DNA of 64,000 bases, taken from Carpediemonas membranifera BICM (Eukaryota; Protista; Fornicata). The first letter of the stretch is position 1. Every line of letters begins with the position of its first letter. The position numbers and the translations under genes are program-made. Location of the stretch: assembly GCA_019828565.1 (NCBI GenBank), contig JAHDYR010000062.1, positions 235,666 through 299,665 on the forward strand, given 5' to 3'. Below are positions 32,733 to 42,669 of the stretch, one piece after another. The notes under the pieces are model-generated. The model worked only from the letters and a program-made list of their open reading frames with translations, was not told the origin of the DNA and made no database searches.

Positions 32733-35483
32733 TTAAAAGTGGGGCCCGAGAAGGCTGAGGTTCATCCTCCTGGTGAGGTCCTCGTTTGTTCTGATGGCGT
32801 CAGCGACATAGCTGCGGAGGGAGGTGACGTCCTTCCATGTGCCCATTGAGAGGATCACCTCCAGCGGGACTCCTGATAGAGCCATCTCCGACGCTGCCCC
32901 CTTACGGAAGCTGTGGAGACCCGTCCGTGGACCGAACAACGCCTTCACGACTCGTCGGAGGTGTGCGGCTGTGAGCGGTTTGTCTCTGCTCAGGCGCCCG
33001 TTGACTATGACTCGCCAGATGGGGGTGTCATCAGCCAGGTAGTGTGTGCCCTCGACCCAGCGTCTAAGTGCCAAGGCCGGGTTGAAGGCGGCTGATAGCC
33101 ATACGTATGGTACGCGCTTCTTAACTCCCGTTAGGATGGTCTTGGTCCGCTGAATGTGTAGGAGAATGTCGCCGTTCTTGAGTAGCTCCAGGTCGGCCGG
33201 GCATAGGGAGAGTATCTCGATGCCTCTGGACACCGTCAGATAGGCGACTGCCCCAAAGAGACATGCCTGATATGACTCAAAGTCGTCACTCCGGCGCCCC
33301 AGTGCCTCGATCATCTCAGCCTTGGTGATGGCGCGCGAGCCGCCGGTAGTTCCCGCCGTGCTGGCGCCCTTAGCCGCCTGCTTAACGATGTACTTGGAGT
33401 TGGCGGGCGGATGCCAGTCTTTGAGGAACTCCTGTAGCTGAACAATCCAGTAGCCCTTCCTCGCCACGTTCGATGGCCCGCAGAAGGAGCCTTCGTCCTT
33501 GAGGAAAGCTACAAGCTGGTCTCGATCCGACAGGCTGCGATCGCGAGAGCCTTCGAACCTGGCCACCCAGCCGGCCACCGTCCGAGCAGACGCGTGATTA
33601 AGGTGAATCACTCTGTCCGACCTGAGGACTCTGTGGAAAACGTCCTGAACGCCATCACATTGAACCGTAGGCGTCCTCTGTCCTGTAGGTGAAGTAGGTG
33701 GGCCAGATCTGAGCTCGAAGCCGGGACGGAGAGACGGAGTTTCCAGGACGTCCAACTCTTGAGGAGTCTCATCTCCGGCGCTTGAACCTCTGGGTAGAGG
33801 AGAAAGACTGCTGAGGTCCAAGACCTCGGGTGTCCAGTCTGAGTCTGAACTCTCGCTGTCGCTATCTTCTGGACTATGGCTGCCATAGACGAATTGGGGG
33901 CCCAGAGGACGCGACATCCAAGCCTTACGTCTACGTCCGTTGAGACTGTCTGGACTGGACCCCACTCCGCGAGGACAGATTCCATGCTGGACTCCAGAGA
34001 GGAAGGGAGTCGTGAGAAGCCTCTGGACAGCCGATCTGCTGCCAGGTTGATGATGCCCGGAGTGTGTAGTCCACGGAGTGTCAGGTTCCGGTCCTCCGCC
34101 TCCTTCTGGATCTGGGCTAGAATGTGCAGGGCCTGAGGTGGAGCCTTCGTAGACCCCGCCTTGTTGAGCCAGGCCAGAGCTGATGTGTTGTCTGAGAAGA
34201 TCGATAGCTCGCGTTGGGAACTCTGTCTGCCGATCAGACGGATGCCCTGTAGGATTCCCGCGAGCTCCTTCACGTTGATAGATTCTGCTCTTAGTTCTGG
34301 AGTGAACGTGCCCGAGGCTGAGGTCCCATACTCGCCGTGCACGGCTGCTCCCCACTTGACTCCAGATGCGTCTGTCGATACGACGAGGTCTAAGGAGGGG
34401 TGAGCGCCCCAAAGCGACTGAAGTTCTCTGATGTCTCGGACTGGGCGCTCTCTTAGCAGTAGCAGCCACTCTTGCAGTAGCTCCTTGGAGAGTGGGTCCT
34501 GTTGAAGGTGTCTCAGCCGGAGGAAAGCCCCGTGGGCGGTTGTAGCGAAGTAAGTCAGTCTCCCGAGGATCTTGGCCCAAGTCTCCTGATCGATGGTCTT
34601 GCCTGCCAGAGCCTGATGAATGTGAGAGGAGTAACGTTTGGCCTTGTCCGCCGGGAGGCGTATTGTAAAACTCGCGGAGTCTATCACGAGCCCCAGATAG
34701 ACCAATGACTGAGTCGGTGCCCATTCTGACTTCTCCTCTGAGGTGAGGACACAGAGGTCGGCTAGAGTCCGCCTGATGCGCGGCACCGCCCTCCTCAGGA
34801 TTTCTCGGTCGCGGTGAAATAAGAGGAAGTCGTCGAGGTAGACAACGATGGTAAGACCCGTCCGAAGGGCTAGTATCTTGGCGAGTTGGTTGGTGATCGT
34901 CTGAAACACGAACGGCGATGCGCGCCAGCCGAAGCCTAGCACTCTGTACTGAAACGCTCGTCTGTCTGGAAGATAGACTCCTAGCAGCTTGCGGTCCTCC
35001 TTCCGTACTGGTACTTGATGGTACCCGGACTTGAGGTCGAACTTGACCATCCAGTCGCCCCTCTGGAGAAGGGAGAGAGCTCTGCGCAGACCGTAGAGCC
35101 GGAAGGATGAGCGCTCTGCCGAGCAGTCGTTCAGTATCGTGAGGTTGTGAATGATCCTCTTCGACTCGCCCTTCGGCACAGTAAACAGCGAGGCGGTGTG
35201 TCGCAGGGAAGAGGGATTCACTTGCTCTATGACGCCTGTCTCTATCAAGGAAGGAATCTGCTGGACAATGAATGGGGCGACTGTCGGCTGTTGCCTTGGT
35301 GCTGGTGGTTGACTTCTCAGACGGATCTCGACCCCGTATCGTAACCAGTTGATCACCCGTTGTGATGCTCCCAACCTCTGCCACTCCCTCCACGCCGCGT
35401 TCATGCATGGAAAGAGGGTTAGGTGTGGGCTCTCTTGCCGGAGGATCCTGTCTGAGTGCGACCTCGGTCCTGAGCGCGGCCAC
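32733..35483 (-). CDS. Tyrosine recombinase ORF (YR domain C-terminal; overlaps RT in another frame)
   Basis: SRGIE, RTKT, HSFRKG, GTW, RSY catalytic motifs; true start uncertain. Confidence 0.9.
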   Translation of the reverse strand: MAALRTEVALRQDPPAREPTPNPLSMHERGVEGVAEVGSITTGDQLVTIRGRDPSEKSTTSTKATADSRPIHCPADSFLDRDRRHRASESLFPATHRLAVYCAEGRVEEDHSQPHDTERLLGRALILPALRSAQSSLPSPEGRLDGQVRPQVRVPSSTSTEGGPQAARSLSSRQTSVSVQSARLRLARIAVRVSDDHQPTRQDTSPSDGSYHRCLPRRLPLISPRPRNPEEGGAAHQADSSRPLCPHLRGEVRMGTDSVIGLSGARDRLREFYNTPPGGQGQTLLLSHSSGSGRQDHRSGDLGQDPRETDLLRYNRPRGFPPAETPSTGPTLQGATARVAATAKRAPSPRHQRTSVALGRSPLLRPRRIDRRIWSQVGSSRARRVWDLSLGHVHSRTKSRIYQREGARGNPTGHPSDRQTEFPTRAIDLLRQHISSGLAQQGGVYEGSTSGPAHSSPDPEGGGGPEPDTPWTTHSGHHQPGSRSAVQRLLTTPFLSGVQHGICPRGVGSSPDSLNGRRRKAWMSRPLGPQFVYGSHSPEDSDSESSDSDWTPEVLDLSSLSPLPRGSSAGDETPQELDVLETPSLRPGFELRSGPPTSPTGQRTPTVQCDGVQDVFHRVLRSDRVIHLNHASARTVAGWVARFEGSRDRSLSDRDQLVAFLKDEGSFCGPSNVARKGYWIVQLQEFLKDWHPPANSKYIVKQAAKGASTAGTTGGSRAITKAEMIEALGRRSDDFESYQACLFGAVAYLTVSRGIEILSLCPADLELLKNGDILLHIQRTKTILTGVKKRVPYVWLSAAFNPALALRRWVEGTHYLADDTPIWRVIVNGRLSRDKPLTAAHLRRVVKALFGPRTGLHSFRKGAASEMALSGVPLEVILSMGTWKDVTSLRSYVADAIRTNEDLTRRMNLSLLGPHF
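33608..35404 (-). CDS. DIRS-type RT + RNase H + reduced methyltransferase-like tail
   Basis: DLKSGYHQ, FGWRASP, YLDD, TDAS, INVKEL, SDN, ADRLSR. Confidence 0.95.
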   Translation of the reverse strand: MNAAWREWQRLGASQRVINWLRYGVEIRLRSQPPAPRQQPTVAPFIVQQIPSLIETGVIEQVNPSSLRHTASLFTVPKGESKRIIHNLTILNDCSAERSSFRLYGLRRALSLLQRGDWMVKFDLKSGYHQVPVRKEDRKLLGVYLPDRRAFQYRVLGFGWRASPFVFQTITNQLAKILALRTGLTIVVYLDDFLLFHRDREILRRAVPRIRRTLADLCVLTSEEKSEWAPTQSLVYLGLVIDSASFTIRLPADKAKRYSSHIHQALAGKTIDQETWAKILGRLTYFATTAHGAFLRLRHLQQDPLSKELLQEWLLLLRERPVRDIRELQSLWGAHPSLDLVVSTDASGVKWGAAVHGEYGTSASGTFTPELRAESINVKELAGILQGIRLIGRQSSQRELSIFSDNTSALAWLNKAGSTKAPPQALHILAQIQKEAEDRNLTLRGLHTPGIINLAADRLSRGFSRLPSSLESSMESVLAEWGPVQTVSTDVDVRLGCRVLWAPNSSMAAIVQKIATARVQTQTGHPRSWTSAVFLLYPEVQAPEMRLLKSWTSWKLRLSVPASSSDLAHLLHLQDRGRLRFNVMAFRTFSTESSGRTE

Positions 35484-35901
35484 CGCGGCGAAAATTAGCG
35501 TCGCGCTTATCGCCCTTAGACTTGGCGCGGGCCGCCAGTTCCAGGACCTCGTCGCGATCAGGCACGCCCTTCGCCTTGCAATAGTTCTCGAACCGCTCTG
35601 CAGTAGCGTCAGTGTACACGTCCTTGATTAGAAGGTACTGGATTCTTGCAAAGAGAATGTTCCCGATCTCCTTCATCTTTGCGCCGTTCTCGATCCTATT
35701 CATGGTCTTGTATACGAATCTGGCCTCGTCTTCGAGGCCGAACCTCTTTGGCATCTCCAGGAACAGTGGACGGCGAGCTGCTTCTGCTTGCTGCTCCAAA
35801 ATTGCTTCCGATTTTATCTTAACCAAGCGCTCCAGCTTCTCGATACGCTTGTTAAGCTCATCGGGACTGTCTTGCGGCGGCAGGTCTTCGTTATCAGACA
35901 T
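35419..35901 (-). CDS. Gag-like ORF1 of DIRS-A
   Basis: ATG immediately follows repeat A1; charged, coiled-coil-like protein upstream of RT. Confidence 0.75.
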   Translation of the reverse strand: MSDNEDLPPQDSPDELNKRIEKLERLVKIKSEAILEQQAEAARRPLFLEMPKRFGLEDEARFVYKTMNRIENGAKMKEIGNILFARIQYLLIKDVYTDATAERFENYCKAKGVPDRDEVLELAARAKSKGDKRDANFRRGGRAQDRGRTQTGSSGKRAHT

Positions 35902-36424
35902 CCTGCCGATGCGTTTCGAAGTGTGACCTAAAGTGCACATTGATCGGCGCGCGCAGGTGCCAGTGATGGTCCTGTGACAGGAGTGTGGCTCTATAACAGA
36001 GAGCCCTCCTCTTAAATCCAACCAAAATGGGGGGGCGAGTATTTACTTCGGGTGGCTTCCCCGAGCTCTTATGACAGACCCGGGTAAATCCTCGTCTCGC
36101 GATCCGGTCAGGTCCGAAACGGCTCCGACACCTGCCGATGCGTTTCGAAGTGTGACCTAAAGTGCACATTGATCGGCGCGCGCAGGTGCCAGTGATGGTC
36201 CTGTGACAGGATCCACAAAGTGTGGCTCTATAACAGAGAGCCCTCCTCTTAAATCCAACCAAAATGGGACAATCCCGCAAGACGTCCCTGTGGGACTAAA
36301 GCTTTGGGCCGGCGAGTCTATCTCGCCTCGACCAGAGTTAAGAATTAATGATGAATCCAGGCCGGCGAGTCCGTCTCGCCTCGGCCGTTCCCCCTCGAAC
36401 GCGGATGTTTAATGGAGGGGGTGG

Positions 36425-39175
36425 TTAAAAGTGGGGCCCGAGAAGGCTGAGGTTCATCCTCCTGGTGAGGTCCTCGTTTGTTCTGATGGCGTCAGCGACA
36501 TAGCTGCGGAGGGAGGTGACGTCCTTCCATGTGCCCATTGAGAGGATCACCTCCAGCGGGACTCCTGATAGAGCCATCTCCGACGCTGCCCCCTTACGGA
36601 AGCTGTGGAGACCCGTCCGTGGACCGAACAACGCCTTCACGACTCGTCGGAGGTGTGCGGCTGTGAGCGGTTTGTCTCTGCTCAGGCGCCCGTTGACTAT
36701 GACTCGCCAGATGGGGGTGTCATCAGCCAGGTAGTGTGTGCCCTCGACCCAGCGTCTAAGTGCCAAGGCCGGGTTGAAGGCGGCTGATAGCCATACGTAT
36801 GGTACGCGCTTCTTAACTCCCGTTAGGATGGTCTTGGTCCGCTGAATGTGTAGGAGAATGTCGCCGTTCTTGAGTAGCTCCAGGTCGGCCGGGCATAGGG
36901 AGAGTATCTCGATGCCTCTGGACACCGTCAGATAGGCGACTGCCCCAAAGAGACATGCCTGATATGACTCAAAGTCGTCACTCCGGCGCCCCAGTGCCTC
37001 GATCATCTCAGCCTTGGTGATGGCGCGCGAGCCGCCGGTAGTTCCCGCCGTGCTGGCGCCCTTAGCCGCCTGCTTAACGATGTACTTGGAGTTGGCGGGC
37101 GGATGCCAGTCTTTGAGGAACTCCTGTAGCTGAACAATCCAGTAGCCCTTCCTCGCCACGTTCGATGGCCCGCAGAAGGAGCCTTCGTCCTTGAGGAAAG
37201 CTACAAGCTGGTCTCGATCCGACAGGCTGCGATCGCGAGAGCCTTCGAACCTGGCCACCCAGCCGGCCACCGTCCGAGCAGACGCGTGATTAAGGTGAAT
37301 CACTCTGTCCGACCTGAGGACTCTGTGGAAAACGTCCTGAACGCCATCACATTGAACCGTAGGCGTCCTCTGTCCTGTAGGTGAAGTAGGTGGGCCAGAT
37401 CTGAGCTCGAAGCCGGGACGGAGAGACGGAGTTTCCAGGACGTCCAACTCTTGAGGAGTCTCATCTCCGGCGCTTGAACCTCTGGGTAGAGGAGAAAGAC
37501 TGCTGAGGTCCAAGACCTCGGGTGTCCAGTCTGAGTCTGAACTCTCGCTGTCGCTATCTTCTGGACTATGGCTGCCATAGACGAATTGGGGGCCCAGAGG
37601 ACGCGACATCCAAGCCTTACGTCTACGTCCGTTGAGACTGTCTGGACTGGACCCCACTCCGCGAGGACAGATTCCATGCTGGACTCCAGAGAGGAAGGGA
37701 GTCGTGAGAAGCCTCTGGACAGCCGATCTGCTGCCAGGTTGATGATGCCCGGAGTGTGTAGTCCACGGAGTGTCAGGTTCCGGTCCTCCGCCTCCTTCTG
37801 GATCTGGGCTAGAATGTGCAGGGCCTGAGGTGGAGCCTTCGTAGACCCCGCCTTGTTGAGCCAGGCCAGAGCTGATGTGTTGTCTGAGAAGATCGATAGC
37901 TCGCGTTGGGAACTCTGTCTGCCGATCAGACGGATGCCCTGTAGGATTCCCGCGAGCTCCTTCACGTTGATAGATTCTGCTCTTAGTTCTGGAGTGAACG
38001 TGCCCGAGGCTGAGGTCCCATACTCGCCGTGCACGGCTGCTCCCCACTTGACTCCAGATGCGTCTGTCGATACGACGAGGTCTAAGGAGGGGTGAGCGCC
38101 CCAAAGCGACTGAAGTTCTCTGATGTCTCGGACTGGGCGCTCTCTTAGCAGTAGCAGCCACTCTTGCAGTAGCTCCTTGGAGAGTGGGTCCTGTTGAAGG
38201 TGTCTCAGCCGGAGGAAAGCCCCGTGGGCGGTTGTAGCGAAGTAAGTCAGTCTCCCGAGGATCTTGGCCCAAGTCTCCTGATCGATGGTCTTGCCTGCCA
38301 GAGCCTGATGAATGTGAGAGGAGTAACGTTTGGCCTTGTCCGCCGGGAGGCGTATTGTAAAACTCGCGGAGTCTATCACGAGCCCCAGATAGACCAATGA
38401 CTGAGTCGGTGCCCATTCTGACTTCTCCTCTGAGGTGAGGACACAGAGGTCGGCTAGAGTCCGCCTGATGCGCGGCACCGCCCTCCTCAGGATTTCTCGG
38501 TCGCGGTGAAATAAGAGGAAGTCGTCGAGGTAGACAACGATGGTAAGACCCGTCCGAAGGGCTAGTATCTTGGCGAGTTGGTTGGTGATCGTCTGAAACA
38601 CGAACGGCGATGCGCGCCAGCCGAAGCCTAGCACTCTGTACTGAAACGCTCGTCCGTCTGGAAGATAGACTCCTAGCAGCTTGCGGTCCTCCTTCCGTAC
38701 TGGTACTTGATGGTACCCGGACTTGAGGTCGAACTTGACCATCCAGTCGCCCCTCTGGAGAAGGGAGAGAGCTCTGCGCAGACCGTAGAGCCGGAAGGAT
38801 GAGCGCTCTGCCGAGCAGTCGTTCAGTATCGTGAGGTTGTGAATGATCATCTTCGACTCGCCCTTCGGCACAGTAAACAGCGAGGCGGTGTGTCGCAGGG
38901 AAGAGGGATTCACTTGCTCTATGACGCCTGTCTCTATCAAGGAAGGAATCTGCTGGACAATGAATGGGGCGACTGTCGGCTGTTGCCTTGGTGCTGGTGG
39001 TTGACTTCTCAGACGGATCTCGACCCCGTATCGTAACCAGTTGATCACCTGTTGTGATGCTCCCAACCTCTGCCACTCCCTCCACGCCGCGTTCATGCAT
39101 GGAAAGAGGGTTAGGTGTGGGCTCTCTTGCCGGAGGATCCTGTCTGAGTGCGACCTCGGTCCTGAGCGCGGCCAC
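36425..39175 (-). CDS. Tyrosine recombinase ORF, copy 2
   Basis: Same motifs as 32733-35483. Confidence 0.9.
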   Translation of the reverse strand: MAALRTEVALRQDPPAREPTPNPLSMHERGVEGVAEVGSITTGDQLVTIRGRDPSEKSTTSTKATADSRPIHCPADSFLDRDRRHRASESLFPATHRLAVYCAEGRVEDDHSQPHDTERLLGRALILPALRSAQSSLPSPEGRLDGQVRPQVRVPSSTSTEGGPQAARSLSSRRTSVSVQSARLRLARIAVRVSDDHQPTRQDTSPSDGSYHRCLPRRLPLISPRPRNPEEGGAAHQADSSRPLCPHLRGEVRMGTDSVIGLSGARDRLREFYNTPPGGQGQTLLLSHSSGSGRQDHRSGDLGQDPRETDLLRYNRPRGFPPAETPSTGPTLQGATARVAATAKRAPSPRHQRTSVALGRSPLLRPRRIDRRIWSQVGSSRARRVWDLSLGHVHSRTKSRIYQREGARGNPTGHPSDRQTEFPTRAIDLLRQHISSGLAQQGGVYEGSTSGPAHSSPDPEGGGGPEPDTPWTTHSGHHQPGSRSAVQRLLTTPFLSGVQHGICPRGVGSSPDSLNGRRRKAWMSRPLGPQFVYGSHSPEDSDSESSDSDWTPEVLDLSSLSPLPRGSSAGDETPQELDVLETPSLRPGFELRSGPPTSPTGQRTPTVQCDGVQDVFHRVLRSDRVIHLNHASARTVAGWVARFEGSRDRSLSDRDQLVAFLKDEGSFCGPSNVARKGYWIVQLQEFLKDWHPPANSKYIVKQAAKGASTAGTTGGSRAITKAEMIEALGRRSDDFESYQACLFGAVAYLTVSRGIEILSLCPADLELLKNGDILLHIQRTKTILTGVKKRVPYVWLSAAFNPALALRRWVEGTHYLADDTPIWRVIVNGRLSRDKPLTAAHLRRVVKALFGPRTGLHSFRKGAASEMALSGVPLEVILSMGTWKDVTSLRSYVADAIRTNEDLTRRMNLSLLGPHF
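37300..39096 (-). CDS. RT + RNase H, copy 2
   Basis: Same motifs as 33608-35404; three amino-acid differences seen. Confidence 0.95.
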   Translation of the reverse strand: MNAAWREWQRLGASQQVINWLRYGVEIRLRSQPPAPRQQPTVAPFIVQQIPSLIETGVIEQVNPSSLRHTASLFTVPKGESKMIIHNLTILNDCSAERSSFRLYGLRRALSLLQRGDWMVKFDLKSGYHQVPVRKEDRKLLGVYLPDGRAFQYRVLGFGWRASPFVFQTITNQLAKILALRTGLTIVVYLDDFLLFHRDREILRRAVPRIRRTLADLCVLTSEEKSEWAPTQSLVYLGLVIDSASFTIRLPADKAKRYSSHIHQALAGKTIDQETWAKILGRLTYFATTAHGAFLRLRHLQQDPLSKELLQEWLLLLRERPVRDIRELQSLWGAHPSLDLVVSTDASGVKWGAAVHGEYGTSASGTFTPELRAESINVKELAGILQGIRLIGRQSSQRELSIFSDNTSALAWLNKAGSTKAPPQALHILAQIQKEAEDRNLTLRGLHTPGIINLAADRLSRGFSRLPSSLESSMESVLAEWGPVQTVSTDVDVRLGCRVLWAPNSSMAAIVQKIATARVQTQTGHPRSWTSAVFLLYPEVQAPEMRLLKSWTSWKLRLSVPASSSDLAHLLHLQDRGRLRFNVMAFRTFSTESSGRTE

Positions 39176-39593
39176 CGCGGCGAAAATTAGCGTCGCGCTT
39201 ATCGCCCTTAGACTTGGCGCGGGCCGCCAGTTCCAGGACCTCGTCGCGATCAGGCACGCCCTTCGCCTTGCAATAGTTCTCGAACCGCTCTGCAGTAGCG
39301 TCAGTGTACACGTCCTTGATTAGAAGGTACTGGATTCTTGCAAAGAGAATGTTCCCGATCTCCTTCATCTTTGCGCCGTTCTCGATCCTATTCATGGTCT
39401 TGTATACGAATCTGGCCTCATCTTCGAGGCCGAACCTCTTTGGCATCTCCAGGAACAGTGGACGGCGAGCTGCTTCTGCTTGCTGCTCCAAAATTGCTTC
39501 CGATTGTATCTTAACCAAGCGCTCCAGCTTCTCGATACGCTTGTTAAGCTCATCGGGACTGTCTTGCGGCGGCAGGTCTTCGTTATCAGACAT
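39111..39593 (-). CDS. Gag-like ORF1, copy 2
   Basis: MSDNEDLPPQ..., as in copy 1. Confidence 0.75.
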   Translation of the reverse strand: MSDNEDLPPQDSPDELNKRIEKLERLVKIQSEAILEQQAEAARRPLFLEMPKRFGLEDEARFVYKTMNRIENGAKMKEIGNILFARIQYLLIKDVYTDATAERFENYCKAKGVPDRDEVLELAARAKSKGDKRDANFRRGGRAQDRGRTQTGSSGKRAHT

Positions 39594-39798
39594 CCTGCCG
39601 ATGCGTTTCGAAGTGTGACCTAAAGTGCACATTGATCGGCGCGCGCAGGTGCCAGTGATGGTCCTGTGACAGGACATACGACGTCTTTCCAACGGAAATG
39701 TCCCGCCGGCACAAGCTATACCTTTCTCGAAGAAGCCTCTAACTTGCACGTCCACATATGTCTACATGTCCAAGTCAAATCACCGTCCCATCGATGAT

Positions 39799-40900
39799 TT
39801 ACCTGAGGAGGATGTCGGAAAGGCGCCGCTGCACCTCAGGGTGCTGGCGCACACCATTCGCCAGGTACCTCAACATACTTGATGTTGTCCTCCATCCCCC
39901 CATAGACATGATTGTATATGGAGCGACTGACTCCACCGCCCAGGTGGTCGCCGCCCCTTTCCTGAATGAGTGAAGGGTTGTGTCGTGGCCGTACATCTGC
40001 GACACCCACCTGCGCATTGTCGCCTTGCTGAGGGCCTGCCTCAGAGAGACCTTGTCCTTCCGGACCCGTCTCCACAGGCTGTTGTCGCAATACCGTATTA
40101 ATATTTATATATTTTATGGGTGTCGTCTTGGTCCTACTTGGTCCGAGACGACACCAGTGTGTCGAAATAAATTAGCGCATCGTTACAACACTGTCTCCAT
40201 CCCGCCGTGTGGCGGTCGCGATCCAGAGCTTTAGGGCTCTCGCTGGGTTGAAGTCACAGACCATCCTGTTCACAATCAGTTTTCTCGTCCCAGTCTCCGT
40301 CTTCGTTCTATTGATCCGCAGGACTGCATTGCCCTCCGGGTCGAACTGGATATCCCCCTTTGTCAGGTTGAAGATCTCCGCCCCTCTAGCGGCTGTCATG
40401 AAGCACAGTGTTGAGAAGAGGACGACCTGGAAGTGGCGGGGGGACGTCCTCCAAGTCTTCGTTACACGCTGTACCTCGGCCGAGGTCACTGGCCGGGCGC
40501 CTCCAGTGAGACCTTGGAGCGAGGCTCTATTCGAAGCCCCGATGATGATCTGTCGCGCGGCCAGCGGCAGCTTCCAGTCCGAGATAAGCGGGGCTGCCTC
40601 GCAGATCCAATAGCCCTTCCGCGTAATCGAAGCAGGGCCGCACGTGCCTGCTTCCCTACTGAGGTACTGTTTGAGCTGCTCGTTGTCTGGAAGGGTCCTG
40701 TCCCGCTCTCTAAGGAACTTGCAGACCCAGCCAGCCGCGGCCCTACGCGAGTCTTCATCCCTGAAATGTGCTAGTCTGTCGTGTCTGACGAGGGCCTCGA
40801 AGTCGTCCGGACCACCATCGCCATGAGGCGGATCTTGTCGTTCTTCTCGAGCCAGCTCAGTTCCGAGTCCGCATACTGGTTGGCTGGGACAGAGTAGTAA
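39799..40900 (-). pseudogene. DIRS-B tyrosine recombinase domain disrupted by a solo LTR
   Basis: ARGAE and RTKT precede the insert; HSFRKG..GGW..RYL follow it; removing the insert and one CTGT restores GDSLWRR in frame. Confidence 0.9.
40083..40190 (+). repeat. 108-bp solo LTR
   Basis: TG...CA ends, TSD CTGT (40079-40082, 40191-40194), AT-rich TATA-like tract, AATAAA. Confidence 0.85.
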
Positions 40901-42669
40901 GCCTTGTGGCGTGATAGGCGCTTCAGTGTCCTCATCTCCGGTGAGCTGTAGTCTGGGGTCACAATTATCACTGCTGACGTCCAGGTCAGAGGGGAGCCAC
41001 TCTGGGTCTGCTCCCGAATCGATTGTATACGACGGGATATCTGTCCAATCAGAGCTAGCGGGGGAGCCATGAAGACCCTCATCCCCCGCCAGTCCCGGCT
41101 CAGGCCATGCTCCTCTCTGGTCCAGGCCTGAGACACGAATCCCGGAAGCGCCAAGGTCTTGTCGGGCCTCGCAGTCGCGTCCACCTGAGGGGGTCCCCAC
41201 CGTTTGGCGATGTTCTCTAAAACGCCCCTCGGGGTTGCCCATTCGAGTCGGGCGAACCGGCTCAGTCTGTCTGGCTGCACGTTGAGATGGCCGGCGATGT
41301 GAAGGCATCGGAGTGTGAGGTTCTTGGCGTCTGCTCTCAGTAAGATACGTTCCAGTGTGCCCATGACTATCGGGCCTGCACTTGTGGAGCCTTGCTTGTT
41401 GACCCAAGACGCAGCGGCAACGTTGTCTGTAAAAACAGTGAGCGTCGTTGGGTGGCCCTGCAAAGGAACAAGCTCCAACCCTCTTTCGATTGCGTACAGC
41501 TCCTTCACCCCGATGCGCTCCTCGGCGATGTCTGGGGGAAACTTGCCCTGGGCCTCGTCTGTGTTGTTGCCTCTGTAGAGGCAGGCGCCCCAGCCGTAGC
41601 CTGACGCGTCCGTTGCTATCGATAACTGGAGGGAGTCTACCATAGACCAGAGGCTCCTGAGCTCCACAAAGGATCTGGTCGGGCGCTCCTCCAGAGTGCA
41701 AAGCCACTGCTGCAGTTGTGATGCCACCTCCTCTGTGATGGAGACGTTCTCCCCTTGGATGGCTTGAAGAGGACGAAGCTTGAGCAGGGCTGCATGCGCG
41801 GTCGTCGAGAAGAATACTAGCTTTCCCATGATCTTGGCCCACTCTTGCCGCGGTATGGACCCGGCCGCGGCTGCGGCGATCAGTGTCTGCCGGTACTTGA
41901 TTGCCTTTTCGAGCGGAAGTCTCACTGAATCTGACTCGGTTGAGAGGACCATGCCCAGGTATTCGAGAGATCGAGTCGGGTCTAGGACCGACTTGGGAAG
42001 ACTGGGAATGACCCCCAGGGCCTCCATGATCTTGAGTGCTTTGCGTGTTGCCTCTCTGAGATACTCTCTGGACATGTGTGAGAACAGAAAGTCGTCTAGG
42101 TAGATTGAGACGAGGATCTTGAGGCGTCTCGCGATGATCTTGGCGAGCTGAATCGTTACGCTTTGAAAGTGGAATGGCGCCGCGCACCAGCCGAAGCTCA
42201 GGCCTCGATAGTAGTAGGCCCTCCCCTCGGGCGTGACGACTCCGAAGAGAGGCGAGTCCTTCTCGGCCAGACCCAGTTGGTGATAACCTGACTTGAGGTC
42301 TATCTTTGTCATGTATGCGTGGTGCTGCAGCAGTCCGATCGCGCGACGAATCCCGAAGAGTCGGAACGTCCTTCTCTCCGCAGTGACGGCATTGAGCTCG
42401 CGAAGATCGTGAATAACTCTCACATCCTCCCCCTTTGGCACAACGAACAACGGCGCGGAGGAGCGAAGGTCCTTGATGTGGCACTCTCTGAGGACCCCCG
42501 AGGCTACCATCTCGTCGAGCTTGGGGCGGATGCGGCGGTCTAGTCGTCGAGTTTGGGGCTTGGGTGGCGGGGGTTGGGCGGTTAGGGTGACTGGGACTCC
42601 GTCTCGGAGAAGAGCGACTACCTCCTCGGAGGCTCCGAAGCGTTGCCATGTCTGCCAGTGTTTGTTCAT
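40771..42669 (-). CDS. DIRS-B RT + RNase H + Dam-like methyltransferase domain
   Basis: DLKSGYHQ, YLDD, TDAS, TDN, PDRLSR, then WGPPQVDATA..DW..FMAPPLALI..IIVTP. Confidence 0.93.
   Translation of the reverse strand: MNKHWQTWQRFGASEEVVALLRDGVPVTLTAQPPPPKPQTRRLDRRIRPKLDEMVASGVLRECHIKDLRSSAPLFVVPKGEDVRVIHDLRELNAVTAERRTFRLFGIRRAIGLLQHHAYMTKIDLKSGYHQLGLAEKDSPLFGVVTPEGRAYYYRGLSFGWCAAPFHFQSVTIQLAKIIARRLKILVSIYLDDFLFSHMSREYLREATRKALKIMEALGVIPSLPKSVLDPTRSLEYLGMVLSTESDSVRLPLEKAIKYRQTLIAAAAAGSIPRQEWAKIMGKLVFFSTTAHAALLKLRPLQAIQGENVSITEEVASQLQQWLCTLEERPTRSFVELRSLWSMVDSLQLSIATDASGYGWGACLYRGNNTDEAQGKFPPDIAEERIGVKELYAIERGLELVPLQGHPTTLTVFTDNVAAASWVNKQGSTSAGPIVMGTLERILLRADAKNLTLRCLHIAGHLNVQPDRLSRFARLEWATPRGVLENIAKRWGPPQVDATARPDKTLALPGFVSQAWTREEHGLSRDWRGMRVFMAPPLALIGQISRRIQSIREQTQSGSPLTWTSAVIIVTPDYSSPEMRTLKRLSRHKAYYSVPANQYADSELSWLEKNDKIRLMAMVVRTTSRPSSDTTD

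Larger units (their letters stand above)
32283..35982 (-). mobile_element. Tyrosine-recombinase retrotransposon DIRS-A copy 1 (PAT-like split direct repeats, 3700 bp)
   Basis: A1 35902-35982, ORFs, B1 32520-32576, A2 32439-32519, B2 32283-32339. Confidence 0.93.
35983..39674 (-). mobile_element. DIRS-A copy 2 (its last 8 bp displaced to 32275-32282)
   Basis: Near-identical to copy 1 at a 3692-bp offset; same A/B repeat layout. Confidence 0.93.

Noticed and set aside
32733-35483. Extensive RT/recombinase frame overlap as a novelty
   Set aside because: Long overlapping ORFs are an established feature of DIRS-group elements.
24407-36270. CRISPR-like arrays
   Set aside because: The repeats are a coding VNTR and DIRS split direct repeats, with no unique spacers or cas genes.
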